Assembly: GCA_964383885.1 (NCBI GenBank)
Contig: CAYLHY010000008.1
Coordinates: 1 to 18,089, forward strand
Direction of reading: 5' to 3'
Length of the DNA: 18,089 nucleotides
Origin: Candidatus Woesearchaeota archaeon
Lineage (GTDB): Archaea > Nanobdellota > Nanobdellia > Pacearchaeales > GW2011-AR1
Of this stretch, positions 7,500 through 14,703 are shown piece after piece (position 1 is the first letter of the stretch; the number at the start of each line of letters is the position of its first letter). The notes under the pieces were generated by a model. The model was not told the DNA's origin. It ran no database searches and saw only the letters and a list, made by a program, of their open reading frames with translations. The position numbers and the translations under genes are program-made.

Positions 7500-7781
7500 A
7501 TGAACATAGAATTAGTTCTTGAGGTAGAGCAAGGAATGTTATGGGGGGAAGAACTAATTCCTCCTAAAAAATTTAAGAGAAAAGTTATTGTTTCTGAAGA
7601 AAATAATTTAACTTTTAAAGAAATAATTGATGGGCAAGGGTTAAACTATTTTTTAAAATACAGAGGTTTAAGAGAAGAAAAAGCAGATTGGCATTATTTA
7701 GGAGAGTGTTGCTATGAAAAAGAACCTGGTAAAAAAACTCCTGTTAGAGCAAAAATTATTTCAAGAAAAATAATGTCTTAA
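7500..7781 (+). CDS. Hypothetical 93-aa protein, apparently translationally coupled to the thermosome gene.
   Basis: Its ATG begins 1 nt after the thermosome TAA (7496-7498). No recognisable motif. Contains a CC pair and a basic C-terminus. Confidence 0.5.
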   Translation: MNIELVLEVEQGMLWGEELIPPKKFKRKVIVSEENNLTFKEIIDGQGLNYFLKYRGLREEKADWHYLGECCYEKEPGKKTPVRAKIISRKIMS

Positions 7782-7827
7782 TCTTAATATTTATTTAATA
7801 TTTAATCTCCTGATTTTTTATTGAATT

Positions 7828-8679
7828 TTAACTGAATAAAGCATACAATACACATAATATAATAACAATTGAAGCAAAAATATTTCTTTTTTCAATTTTT
7901 TCTTTTAGGAATATTTTTGAAAAAACATACACAAAAACAGGACCAAGCATTATAATTAAAGTTGTAAAAATAACTCCTAATTTTATGTATCCGTAATAAA
8001 CAATTGTTCTATATATAACCCACACAGCTCCTGTAATTAGTATGTATAAATTCACTTTTTTATTTAATTTTCTGAAATCAGGTCTGAAAATAATAAAGCT
8101 TAATAGAAAAATTGCTGAACATCTTAAAAAATAAAATGTTAAAGGAGAGTAATACTGAAGAATTAATTTTGAAATTACTAATTCTAATGCAAAGAAAAAA
8201 GCTCCGAATATTGCAGCTATGAAATATTTATTGAAAGTTATGTGATGTTTTTTAATCTGCGAGAATATTAATGCTAATCCAGCAATTATTCCTGGAATTA
8301 TTACTTTGTAATTTCTAGTGTATAAGTCAATTGCAAAAAAACTAAAAATAATTGCTAATAATATTGTGAATAAAGGTTCAAGCATTTTTGCTGGTTCAAG
8401 ATTAGAGACTTTTTCCCATTTCATTGAATAAAAAGTAAACATATTAGCTATCATTGAGAATAAAATTACTAGAAAAAATATGAAAAGATTAGTTTTTGTA
8501 AAAGCTCCTGATTCAAGCTTCCAAAAGAAAAATAAAAGAGGAATCATAACTAGAGTTATTGCTAAAAAACTCGCTGTTTGATATAATTTTATGTCAATTT
8601 TTCTTTTTCTAAGAACTATTTTTTCAAGCATGAATCCTGATGCAAGTGCAATTGCTCCTATAAACGGCAGATAATACAT
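7828..8679 (-). CDS. EamA/DMT-superfamily transporter (about 10 TM helices).
   Basis: 283 aa, two similar five-helix halves, hydrophobic throughout. GAGG lies 7 nt upstream of the ATG. Confidence 0.75.
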   Translation of the reverse strand: MYYLPFIGAIALASGFMLEKIVLRKRKIDIKLYQTASFLAITLVMIPLLFFFWKLESGAFTKTNLFIFFLVILFSMIANMFTFYSMKWEKVSNLEPAKMLEPLFTILLAIIFSFFAIDLYTRNYKVIIPGIIAGLALIFSQIKKHHITFNKYFIAAIFGAFFFALELVISKLILQYYSPLTFYFLRCSAIFLLSFIIFRPDFRKLNKKVNLYILITGAVWVIYRTIVYYGYIKLGVIFTTLIIMLGPVFVYVFSKIFLKEKIEKRNIFASIVIILCVLYALFS

Positions 8680-8794
8680 TTTTATTCCTCTTTTACAGGA
8701 TTGATAAGATGCAGGAGTTTAAAAAGATTGATGAAATTTTTAAAAGAGTCCTTTATTAACAAATTTATTTAAATAAATTTATATTAGCCTTTTT

Positions 8795-9148
8795 ATGAAT
8801 GATAAAATATTGCGTCAATATACTAAAAAAGAAGATATAGAAAAGATAATTTTATTAGTGAAAAATAAGAAAATTATAAAAACATCTCATTTTTTTGACA
8901 GAATTTTATTCAGGGATTTAGAAGAAAAATTTGTAGATGAAATTGTTCCTTTATTTGATAAGGTTAAATTAATTGATAAAAGAAAACATAGGAAAGATAT
9001 TGGATATGATTTTTATTATGAATTGAGCAAATCTAGAACATTAAAATTATGTTTTATTCCTTTGAAGAATAAAGTTCTATTAATTAATGCTATACTAAGA
9101 CATAGAAAATGGCAGAATTCTATAAAGATACTAAAAAAGAAAAAATAG
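8795..9148 (+). CDS. Small basic protein, DUF4258-like (putative toxin-like fold).
   Basis: The pattern TSHFFDRILFRDL...V, then a beta-rich core ending LLINAI, resembles the H-x3-R-x3-R signature I recall for DUF4258. The match is weak. Confidence 0.45.
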   Translation: MNDKILRQYTKKEDIEKIILLVKNKKIIKTSHFFDRILFRDLEEKFVDEIVPLFDKVKLIDKRKHRKDIGYDFYYELSKSRTLKLCFIPLKNKVLLINAILRHRKWQNSIKILKKKK

Positions 9149-9149
9149 A

Positions 9150-9473
9150 TTATTGAATAATAGGAATGTTTGCTAATGGAATTATTTTTTTTACGTTAGG
9201 AGTTGTCAATTGTGCAAATATGAGAATTGCTCCCTTTTGTTGATAAATATTTAGTTTGACTTCTCTTAAATTATTAAGAATTGCACTAGGATTAAAACCT
9301 GCCATTTTTAAATAATCTGAAATTCCAAAAAATTCTATATTTGCTACCTTTCCTTGTGTTGTAAAATCAATGATGATGTTCCCAATCTCTGCGCTTCCTT
9401 GAATTTTTTCTCCTTTTTTTTTGTTAGAAATAAATAAACTATCTGTTGTTTCGTCATAATCAAATTTTGCCAT
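9150..9473 (-). CDS. DUF2283 (YuzE-like) domain protein with a C-terminal extension.
   Basis: The N-terminus KFDYDETTDSLFISNKK...SAEIGNIIIDFTTQGKVANIEFFG fits the recalled DUF2283 pattern YD-x-x-D-x-L-x-I ... iD ... G-x-v-x-IE. Confidence 0.6.
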   Translation of the reverse strand: MAKFDYDETTDSLFISNKKKGEKIQGSAEIGNIIIDFTTQGKVANIEFFGISDYLKMAGFNPSAILNNLREVKLNIYQQKGAILIFAQLTTPNVKKIIPLANIPIIQ

Positions 9474-9521
9474 ATGAAAATATTATTTTTTAATATTTAA
9501 AAATCTTTAGAATTTAAGCAG

Positions 9522-9617
9522 ATCTGAATACTCAAAATGAATTTACACTCATTTTTTCAAAAAAAATGCGCGGAGCTGAATGTTATGTTTACACTCATTT
9601 TTTCAAAAATGCGCGGA
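9522..9617. repeat. Tandem duplication of the tRNA-Gly 3' end (8 nt) plus its trailer of about 22-35 nt.
   Basis: tttacactcattttttcaaaaa(aaa)tgcgcgga occurs at 9542-9574 and 9588-9617. The only difference is the A-run length (8 versus 5). ctgaat also repeats, at 9524-9529 and 9576-9581. The second copy runs into the tRNA-Gly acceptor 3' strand. Confidence 0.85.
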
Positions 9618-9681
9618 CCGGGAATCGAACCCGGGTCACCTGATTGGCAATCAGATATTCTAACCACTAAACTACCCGCGC
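9610..9681 (-). tRNA. tRNA-Gly: tRNA-Gly (anticodon GCC).
   Basis: Hand fold: GCGCGGG-TA-GTTT-AGTGGTTA-GAAT-A-TCTGA-TTGCCAA-TCAGG-TGAC-CCGGG-TTCGATT-CCCGG-TCCGCGC-A. Length is 72 nt. Confidence 0.93.
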
Positions 9682-9739
9682 TTTAAATCTTTAATAATTT
9701 TGATTTTAAAGTATTTAAATTTTTTAGAAATATGAAATA

Positions 9740-9811
9740 TGGTCCCACCAGGAATCGAACCTGGGTCTAGTCGGCGTAAACGACTCGTCTTAACCACTGG
9801 ACTATGGGACC
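9740..9811 (-). tRNA. tRNA-Val: tRNA-Val (anticodon TAC).
   Basis: Hand fold: GGTCCCA-TA-GTCC-AGTGGTTA-AGAC-G-AGTCG-TTTACGC-CGACT-AGAC-CCAGG-TTCGATT-CCTGG-TGGGACC-A. Length is 72 nt. Confidence 0.93.
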
Positions 9812-9920
9812 CTGATATCCTAAGCTTGATGTATATAATAAAATCTTTAGCTTTTAAAGTTTAACTATTGATTGAATTTTTGAATTTTTTAAGATTATAA
9901 GATTATTAAAAACTACCAAA

Positions 9921-9934
9921 CCTTTATAAATAAA
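9921..9934 (+). promoter_or_regulatory. Candidate BRE/TATA (CCTTTATAAATAAA).
   Basis: Centred about 25 nt upstream of the ATG at 9952 with no Shine-Dalgarno. The same CCTTT(A/T)TAAA core appears at 13785-13796. Confidence 0.5.
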
Positions 9935-9951
9935 AATATCATTTTTTCATT

Positions 9952-11748
9952 ATGGCTGATTCAAACCCTAAAACTGATGACATTCCTGGAATGGATTTGA
10001 ATAATGACTATAAAACTCAAAAACCTGCAATTCCTAATGCTGATACTGAAAAGCTTCAAAAAGAAATAGAAAAAACAAAAAAAGAAATAGATAAATTAAA
10101 AAATTGGATTGTTAAAGAATACAAATTCACTCAATCTATTGGAATTCTTCCTCCTCAATCTATTAAACTTTTTATTGAAGAAGAAGAGGTTCCTGCTGAG
10201 ACAGAGAAATTCATGCATCTTTACATGATAATTCCAGAAGAAAAATACAAAGAAATTCCTAAGATTAAACAGAGTATTATTAATGAAATTAATAAAATAA
10301 AAACACCTCAAAAAATATGGCTTCATATAAAAACTCCTGTAGATATATGGGAAATATGTTTAGATAGTAAATTTGATTTAATTTCAGCTATAGCAATGTC
10401 TTTTCCATTGTATGACACAGGTTTCTTAGGAGCATTAAGGATAGCTGAAATTCATAAATCTTTAGTGTTGAGAAAATTTGAGAGGTATGTAGTTAGTTAT
10501 GTTATTGGTGGAAGTTTAGTCAGAGGAGAAGCTGTTCCTACTTCTGATGTTGATGTTTTTATAATAATTAATGATACAGATGTTAAAAGAATGCCGAGAG
10601 TTGAATTAAAAGAAAGACTTAGGAGTATTATTTATCAGTATGTTGCTGAGGCTGCATCACTAGCAGGAGTTAAAAATAAACTTGAACCTCAAATTTATCT
10701 TCTTACTGATTTCTGGGAAGGTGTTAAAGATGCCCAGCCGGTTTATTTTACTTTTATAAGAGACGGTATTCCTCTTTATGATAGAGGAACTTTTATGCCT
10801 TGGAAAGCCCTGCTTAAAATGGGAAGATTAAAGCCAAGTCCAGAAGCTATTGATATGTTTATGTCAATGGGAGATAGAACAGTTAAAATCGCTAAAAGAA
10901 ATTTATTGGATATAGCTGTGAAGGATTTATATTGGGGTGTTATAACTCCTTCTCAAGCATTAATAATGCTTTCTGGAAGCTCTCCTCCAGCGCCTAAACA
11001 TACAGTATCTGAAATGAAAAAAATATTTGTTGAAAAAGAAAAAATGCTTGAAATGAAATATATTAATATTCTTGACAAAGTCATTAAAATTTACAAAGAT
11101 TATGAACATGAAAAAATTAATGAGATTAAAGGAGCTAAGATTGATAAGCTTATTAAAGATACAGAAGATTATTTGAAAAGACTTAAAGAATTGAGGAAAC
11201 AAATTGAAAAGAGATATCAAAAACAAACTATTGAACAAATTTATAATGATGTGTTCAAGCTTCTGAAAACATTTATTGGAAAAAAATCTCAAGAGGAAAT
11301 AGTAAAAGAATTTGAAAAAAATTATGTAAAAAAAGGAAAATTCACTTATCAACATTTAAGAATTTTAAATAACATCATTGAAGCAAAAAAAGAATTTAAA
11401 AAAGGAAAAGCATCAATAAAAAAAATTGATGATGCAAGAAAAAATGCAACTATTCTTACTAATGCTTTAATTGACTATACTCAAAGATGTGATTTAATGG
11501 CCTTAGATAAAACCAAAATGATGTTAAAAGGCAAGAAAGCAAGCGCTCAGTTAATTAATGCTGATGGAAAAACTTTTATGATTATGGGAAGTGTGATTAA
11601 AAAAATAACTGATAAAATTGAAGATTCTTCATTAGATGAAGTTGAAAAAGCTGTTCAAGTTCAGAAAAATAAACAAAATGTAGAGATAAATCCTAAGGTT
11701 TTTTCTTTGATTAAAAAAGAAATTGGTGATTTTGAGATAATTTTATAA
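9952..11748 (+). CDS. Large Pol-beta-type nucleotidyltransferase protein (598 aa): degenerate NTase-like module, active-looking NTase, two HEPN-like helical modules and a C-terminal domain.
   Basis: Catalytic signature VIGGSLVRGEAVPTSDVDVFIIIND (GS ... DxD). Clear paralogy to the 308-aa protein at 15242-16168, for example DLYWGVITPSQALIMLSGSSPPAPKHTVSEM versus GLYWAMVDSAQAALIAANVSPPSPEHIASNL. Confidence 0.85.
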   Translation: MADSNPKTDDIPGMDLNNDYKTQKPAIPNADTEKLQKEIEKTKKEIDKLKNWIVKEYKFTQSIGILPPQSIKLFIEEEEVPAETEKFMHLYMIIPEEKYKEIPKIKQSIINEINKIKTPQKIWLHIKTPVDIWEICLDSKFDLISAIAMSFPLYDTGFLGALRIAEIHKSLVLRKFERYVVSYVIGGSLVRGEAVPTSDVDVFIIINDTDVKRMPRVELKERLRSIIYQYVAEAASLAGVKNKLEPQIYLLTDFWEGVKDAQPVYFTFIRDGIPLYDRGTFMPWKALLKMGRLKPSPEAIDMFMSMGDRTVKIAKRNLLDIAVKDLYWGVITPSQALIMLSGSSPPAPKHTVSEMKKIFVEKEKMLEMKYINILDKVIKIYKDYEHEKINEIKGAKIDKLIKDTEDYLKRLKELRKQIEKRYQKQTIEQIYNDVFKLLKTFIGKKSQEEIVKEFEKNYVKKGKFTYQHLRILNNIIEAKKEFKKGKASIKKIDDARKNATILTNALIDYTQRCDLMALDKTKMMLKGKKASAQLINADGKTFMIMGSVIKKITDKIEDSSLDEVEKAVQVQKNKQNVEINPKVFSLIKKEIGDFEIIL

Positions 11749-11770
11749 CTTTTAAAGAACATAGATTATT

Positions 11771-12388
11771 ATGGTTTCATTCACTAAGCAGAAAATTTTT
11801 GTTTATAATCAAGGTAAAAAAAGAAAATTTGCATTTTATTCTTTTTTTGTATTGACTCTTATAGTTTTATTAATTGTTTTTTATTTTGCTTTCTTAAAGA
11901 ACACTGATTTTTTCTTAATTAATCTGCTTAATGAATTATTAGGACACATCAAATTTCATTTATTTCATAAAACTTTACTAGGAGTTTTTTATGCATCTGT
12001 TTTCGGAGGATTGTTTTTTCTTCCAACTCCATTAGAAATAATTTTTTTAGGATTTCTTAAATCAGGAATATCTCCTGGATTGTTGATTTTTATTTACTTA
12101 ATAGGGTTGTTAATTTCTTATACTGCTAATTATTTTATTGGAAGAGCTTTTACAGAAACTTCAAAAAAACTTATTTCTTACAGAAGATTCTACAAAATAA
12201 AAGGATTTATTAATAAATTTGGAGCTTTAGGAATTTTTATTTTTAATGTTCTGCCTTTACCAAGCCAGCCTCTTGCAGCTATACTAGGAGTCTTTAAATA
12301 TAATAAAACAAGATTTTATGTTTATACTATCCTTGGACAATCAATTAAATACTTTGCAATTATCTTAGGATATTTTTATATAATGTAA
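11771..12388 (+). CDS. VTT-domain (DedA/TVP38-TMEM64-like) integral membrane protein.
   Basis: About 5-6 TM helices. FFLPTPLEIIFLGF ... LIGLLISYTANYFIGRAF ... NVLPLPSQPLAAILG resembles the DedA/VTT re-entrant-loop motifs. Confidence 0.65.
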   Translation: MVSFTKQKIFVYNQGKKRKFAFYSFFVLTLIVLLIVFYFAFLKNTDFFLINLLNELLGHIKFHLFHKTLLGVFYASVFGGLFFLPTPLEIIFLGFLKSGISPGLLIFIYLIGLLISYTANYFIGRAFTETSKKLISYRRFYKIKGFINKFGALGIFIFNVLPLPSQPLAAILGVFKYNKTRFYVYTILGQSIKYFAIILGYFYIM

Positions 12389-12403
12389 TAATTTATTAGA
12401 AAT

Positions 12404-12883
12404 ATGTTTGAGAAAAAAATTAAAATCCTTTCCAGAGAAGTTAAAAACCTGAAAAACATTGAAAAAGCTAGTTCTTATATTGGGAAGAGTGTTTATTCTA
12501 AATCAGGAACTTTAATTGGAAGAGTTTATGATGTTGCATTAAAAAATGACATTATGCAGGGAATTTTTGTTTTATCTAAGTTAAACAAATTAAATAGATT
12601 ATTTATTGGAAAGGAATTTTTTAGAAGTGAATCAAAAAAAGGCATAGTCTTGAAAATAGAACCTGTGACTAGTTTAATTGGAAAAAAAGTATATGATGCA
12701 GAAGGTAGAAAAATAGGAAAAGTCATTGAATTAAAAAGAAAGAGCAATTCAAATAATTATACAGATATTATTGTTAAGAAATCTCTTATTGGAAAACCTA
12801 TTATTATACCAAAAAAACATATTGATTTAGCAAAAAAAAGCATTATTTTGAAAATAAAAATAAAAGAAAAAAATGAAAAGTAA
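12404..12883 (+). CDS. Double PRC-barrel domain protein (159 aa).
   Basis: Two copies of the PRC-barrel signature: IGKSVYSKSGTLIGRVYDVAL and LIGKKVYDAEGRKIGKVIEL. Confidence 0.75.
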   Translation: MFEKKIKILSREVKNLKNIEKASSYIGKSVYSKSGTLIGRVYDVALKNDIMQGIFVLSKLNKLNRLFIGKEFFRSESKKGIVLKIEPVTSLIGKKVYDAEGRKIGKVIELKRKSNSNNYTDIIVKKSLIGKPIIIPKKHIDLAKKSIILKIKIKEKNEK

Positions 12884-13364
12884 AAAATCAAAGCAGAATA
12901 AAAACAAAGAAAGTAAAGAAAAAATTTCTAAAAAAGATATTATTACTTCAGATGACATTTTAGGAAAAGAGGCTATAGATCCAGAAGGCTCTTCTATTGG
13001 AGTTGTCACTAAAGTTCATATTAATAAAAAAACAAACAAGCTTATAGGAGTTACAATTGACATGGGATTTATGAAGCCAGATTTGTTTGTGGGAATAAAT
13101 TACATAAAACAATTCGGAGTTGATGCTGTTTTTTTGAAAAAAATTCCTATTCATAAATATCATGGATTAAAAGTTTTAAGTGAAGGAGGAGAGATTTTAG
13201 GAAAAGTGAAAAAAATTCTTGCTGATAACAATACAATAAAAGAATTTGAAATAGCTGGAAGAAAATTTCTTGATAAGAGTTTTGTAATTAAATACTCAGA
13301 TATAAAGGAAATAGGAGATAGCATTATTCTTAAAAAAAGATATTCTGTTAGATTTAGGAAATGA
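12873..13364 (+). CDS. Double PRC-barrel domain protein (163 aa) with a Lys-rich N-terminal tail.
   Basis: ILGKEAIDPEGSSIGVVTKVHIN and GLKVLSEGGEILGKVKKIL. Overlaps the upstream paralog by 11 nt. Confidence 0.75.
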   Translation: MKSKKSKQNKNKESKEKISKKDIITSDDILGKEAIDPEGSSIGVVTKVHINKKTNKLIGVTIDMGFMKPDLFVGINYIKQFGVDAVFLKKIPIHKYHGLKVLSEGGEILGKVKKILADNNTIKEFEIAGRKFLDKSFVIKYSDIKEIGDSIILKKRYSVRFRK

Positions 13365-13365
13365 A

Positions 13366-13710
13366 TCATAAATCAACCATATGAAGAGGTAAACTTGAAT
13401 TATGTTCTTTAGTTTTTTTATGAATTAAGCCTGGCTGGACAATAGTTATAGAATCTGGTTTATAATCTGGGTGATTTTTATTATATTTTACATAAACTAT
13501 ATGTGAGGGTTTTTCTAAAAGCCATTCAGAACCTTCTAATGCAATATCTCCTGGAATAATTCTCATATCCGTGTATTCTCCTCTTGCAAACTTTATGAGA
13601 TACTCTGTTAAACACTCTGGTAATTCTTCATTAGGAATTGCTGCATAAACTTCAAAGCCATCAAGAATTAATTTCCTATTTAGGGTTATATCTTCCAAAG
13701 TGTTGCTCAT
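13366..13710 (-). CDS. Hypothetical protein (114 aa).
   Basis: ATG start, with a TATA-like box (minus strand TCTTTAAATAATT) about 26 nt upstream. No recognisable motif. Confidence 0.55.
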   Translation of the reverse strand: MSNTLEDITLNRKLILDGFEVYAAIPNEELPECLTEYLIKFARGEYTDMRIIPGDIALEGSEWLLEKPSHIVYVKYNKNHPDYKPDSITIVQPGLIHKKTKEHNSSLPLHMVDL

Positions 13711-13784
13711 ATCTGTTCATAATGGCAGTAATTATTTAAAGATTTTTATGATAGAACATCATATTAATTAATTCAAATTAGCAA

Positions 13785-13796
13785 CCTTTTTAAACT
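13785..13796 (+). promoter_or_regulatory. Candidate BRE/TATA (CCTTTTTAAACT) for rpl35ae.
   Basis: Centred about 25 nt upstream of the ATG at 13816. No Shine-Dalgarno. Confidence 0.5.
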
Positions 13797-13815
13797 AATT
13801 TTCTTGATATAAAAT

Positions 13816-14085
13816 ATGACTGAAGGAATTAAAGGCAAGGTTATACAATTCAGAAGAGGAAGAAAAACTATTCATGAAAGACATTTCTTAATTGAAATTC
13901 CTGATGTTAAAAACAGAGAAAAAGCTTCAGAGTATGTTGATAAGAGAGTGGAATGGAAATCACCAGGAGGAAAAATAATAAAAGGCAAGATTGTATCTCC
14001 TCATGGAAACAAAGGAGTAGTAAGAGCGATTTTTGAAAAAGGTCTTCCAGGACAAGCAATTGGCACAGAAGTAAACATAATCTAA
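13816..14085 (+). CDS. rpl35ae: Ribosomal protein eL33 (L35Ae).
   Basis: KRVEWKSPGGKIIKGKIVSPHGNKGVVRAIFEKGLPGQAIG closely matches archaeal L35Ae sequences as I recall them. Confidence 0.9.
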   Translation: MTEGIKGKVIQFRRGRKTIHERHFLIEIPDVKNREKASEYVDKRVEWKSPGGKIIKGKIVSPHGNKGVVRAIFEKGLPGQAIGTEVNII

Positions 14086-14091
14086 TAAAAA

Positions 14092-14622
14092 ATGGCATCA
14101 TTAAGAAAAGCTTCAGCGTATTCAAAAAAACATGTAACACCTTATACTAGAGTCAGCAAGAAAAGAGGAAAATCCTACATAAAGACAGTTCCTCCTCAAA
14201 AAATTGTTAAATTTGTTATGGGAAAAGGAAATCCAAATGCTCTTAACTGTAAATTAACAGTTGTTTCTAATGAAAAAGTGCAGATAAGAGACAATGCTTT
14301 GGAATCATGCAGACAATACATCAACAAAAAAATAGAAAAAGAATTAGCTGGAAATTATATTTTTAAAGTAGTTCCTTTCCCTCATCACATTCAAAGGGAA
14401 AACAAAATGCTTACAGGAGCAGGTTCAGATAGAATGCAGACAGGAATGCAAAAAGCTTTTGGAAAAACAGTAGGAAAAGCTGCTATTTTAAAACCAGGTT
14501 CTGCTATATTTGAATTTGAGCTTCCAAATCCTAAATCTGTTTCTTTTGTTAGAAAGATTATTAAGCAGATTAAATCAAAAATTCCATGTAAAATAAGAGT
14601 AATTGAAGAGAAAAAAGCATAA
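14092..14622 (+). CDS. rpl10e: Ribosomal protein uL16 (L10e).
   Basis: N-terminal ASAYSKKHVTPYTRVSKK... and the loop RMQTGMQKAFGK are typical of L10e. The length of 176 aa also fits. Confidence 0.92.
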   Translation: MASLRKASAYSKKHVTPYTRVSKKRGKSYIKTVPPQKIVKFVMGKGNPNALNCKLTVVSNEKVQIRDNALESCRQYINKKIEKELAGNYIFKVVPFPHHIQRENKMLTGAGSDRMQTGMQKAFGKTVGKAAILKPGSAIFEFELPNPKSVSFVRKIIKQIKSKIPCKIRVIEEKKA

Positions 14623-14672
14623 TTATATCTCAAGAATGATTATAACTACTTCTTAATAACAAAAAAACGAAA

Positions 14673-14684
14673 GATTTATAAATA
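14673..14684 (+). promoter_or_regulatory. Candidate TATA box (GATTTATAAATA).
   Basis: Centred about 25 nt upstream of the ATG at 14704. No Shine-Dalgarno. Confidence 0.45.
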
Positions 14685-14703
14685 TTTTAAATATTAAATA
14701 TAC

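Noticed and set aside
8709-8759. 16-aa mini-ORF (MQEFKKIDEIFKRVLY) in the EamA / DUF4258-like divergent intergenic region.
   Set aside because: It has no SD and sits within the likely promoter region. It has no distinctive composition, unlike the acidic micro-ORF at 1749-1841.
8795-9951. An integrated mobile element or provirus at the tRNA-Gly/tRNA-Val locus.
   Set aside because: There is no integrase, transposase or terminal inverted repeats. The repeat encloses only 13 nt. At most this is a scar, and it is reported as a low-to-moderate interest finding rather than as a mobile element.
10096-11355. Two antisense ORFs (10096-10326 and 10960-11355) inside the 598-aa NTase gene.
   Set aside because: The products are Phe/Asn/Ile-rich low-complexity sequences on the strand opposite a motif-supported gene.
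12526-13369. Four antisense ORFs (12526-12747, 12827-13009, 12960-13163, 13160-13369) opposite the PRC-barrel genes.
   Set aside because: They are short and overlap each other. They lie opposite genes with repeated PRC signatures and have no start-site signals.
13907-14633. Antisense ORFs 13907-14140 and 14391-14633 opposite rpl35ae and rpl10e.
   Set aside because: They are opposite highly conserved ribosomal protein genes, and their products are Leu/Phe-rich artefacts.
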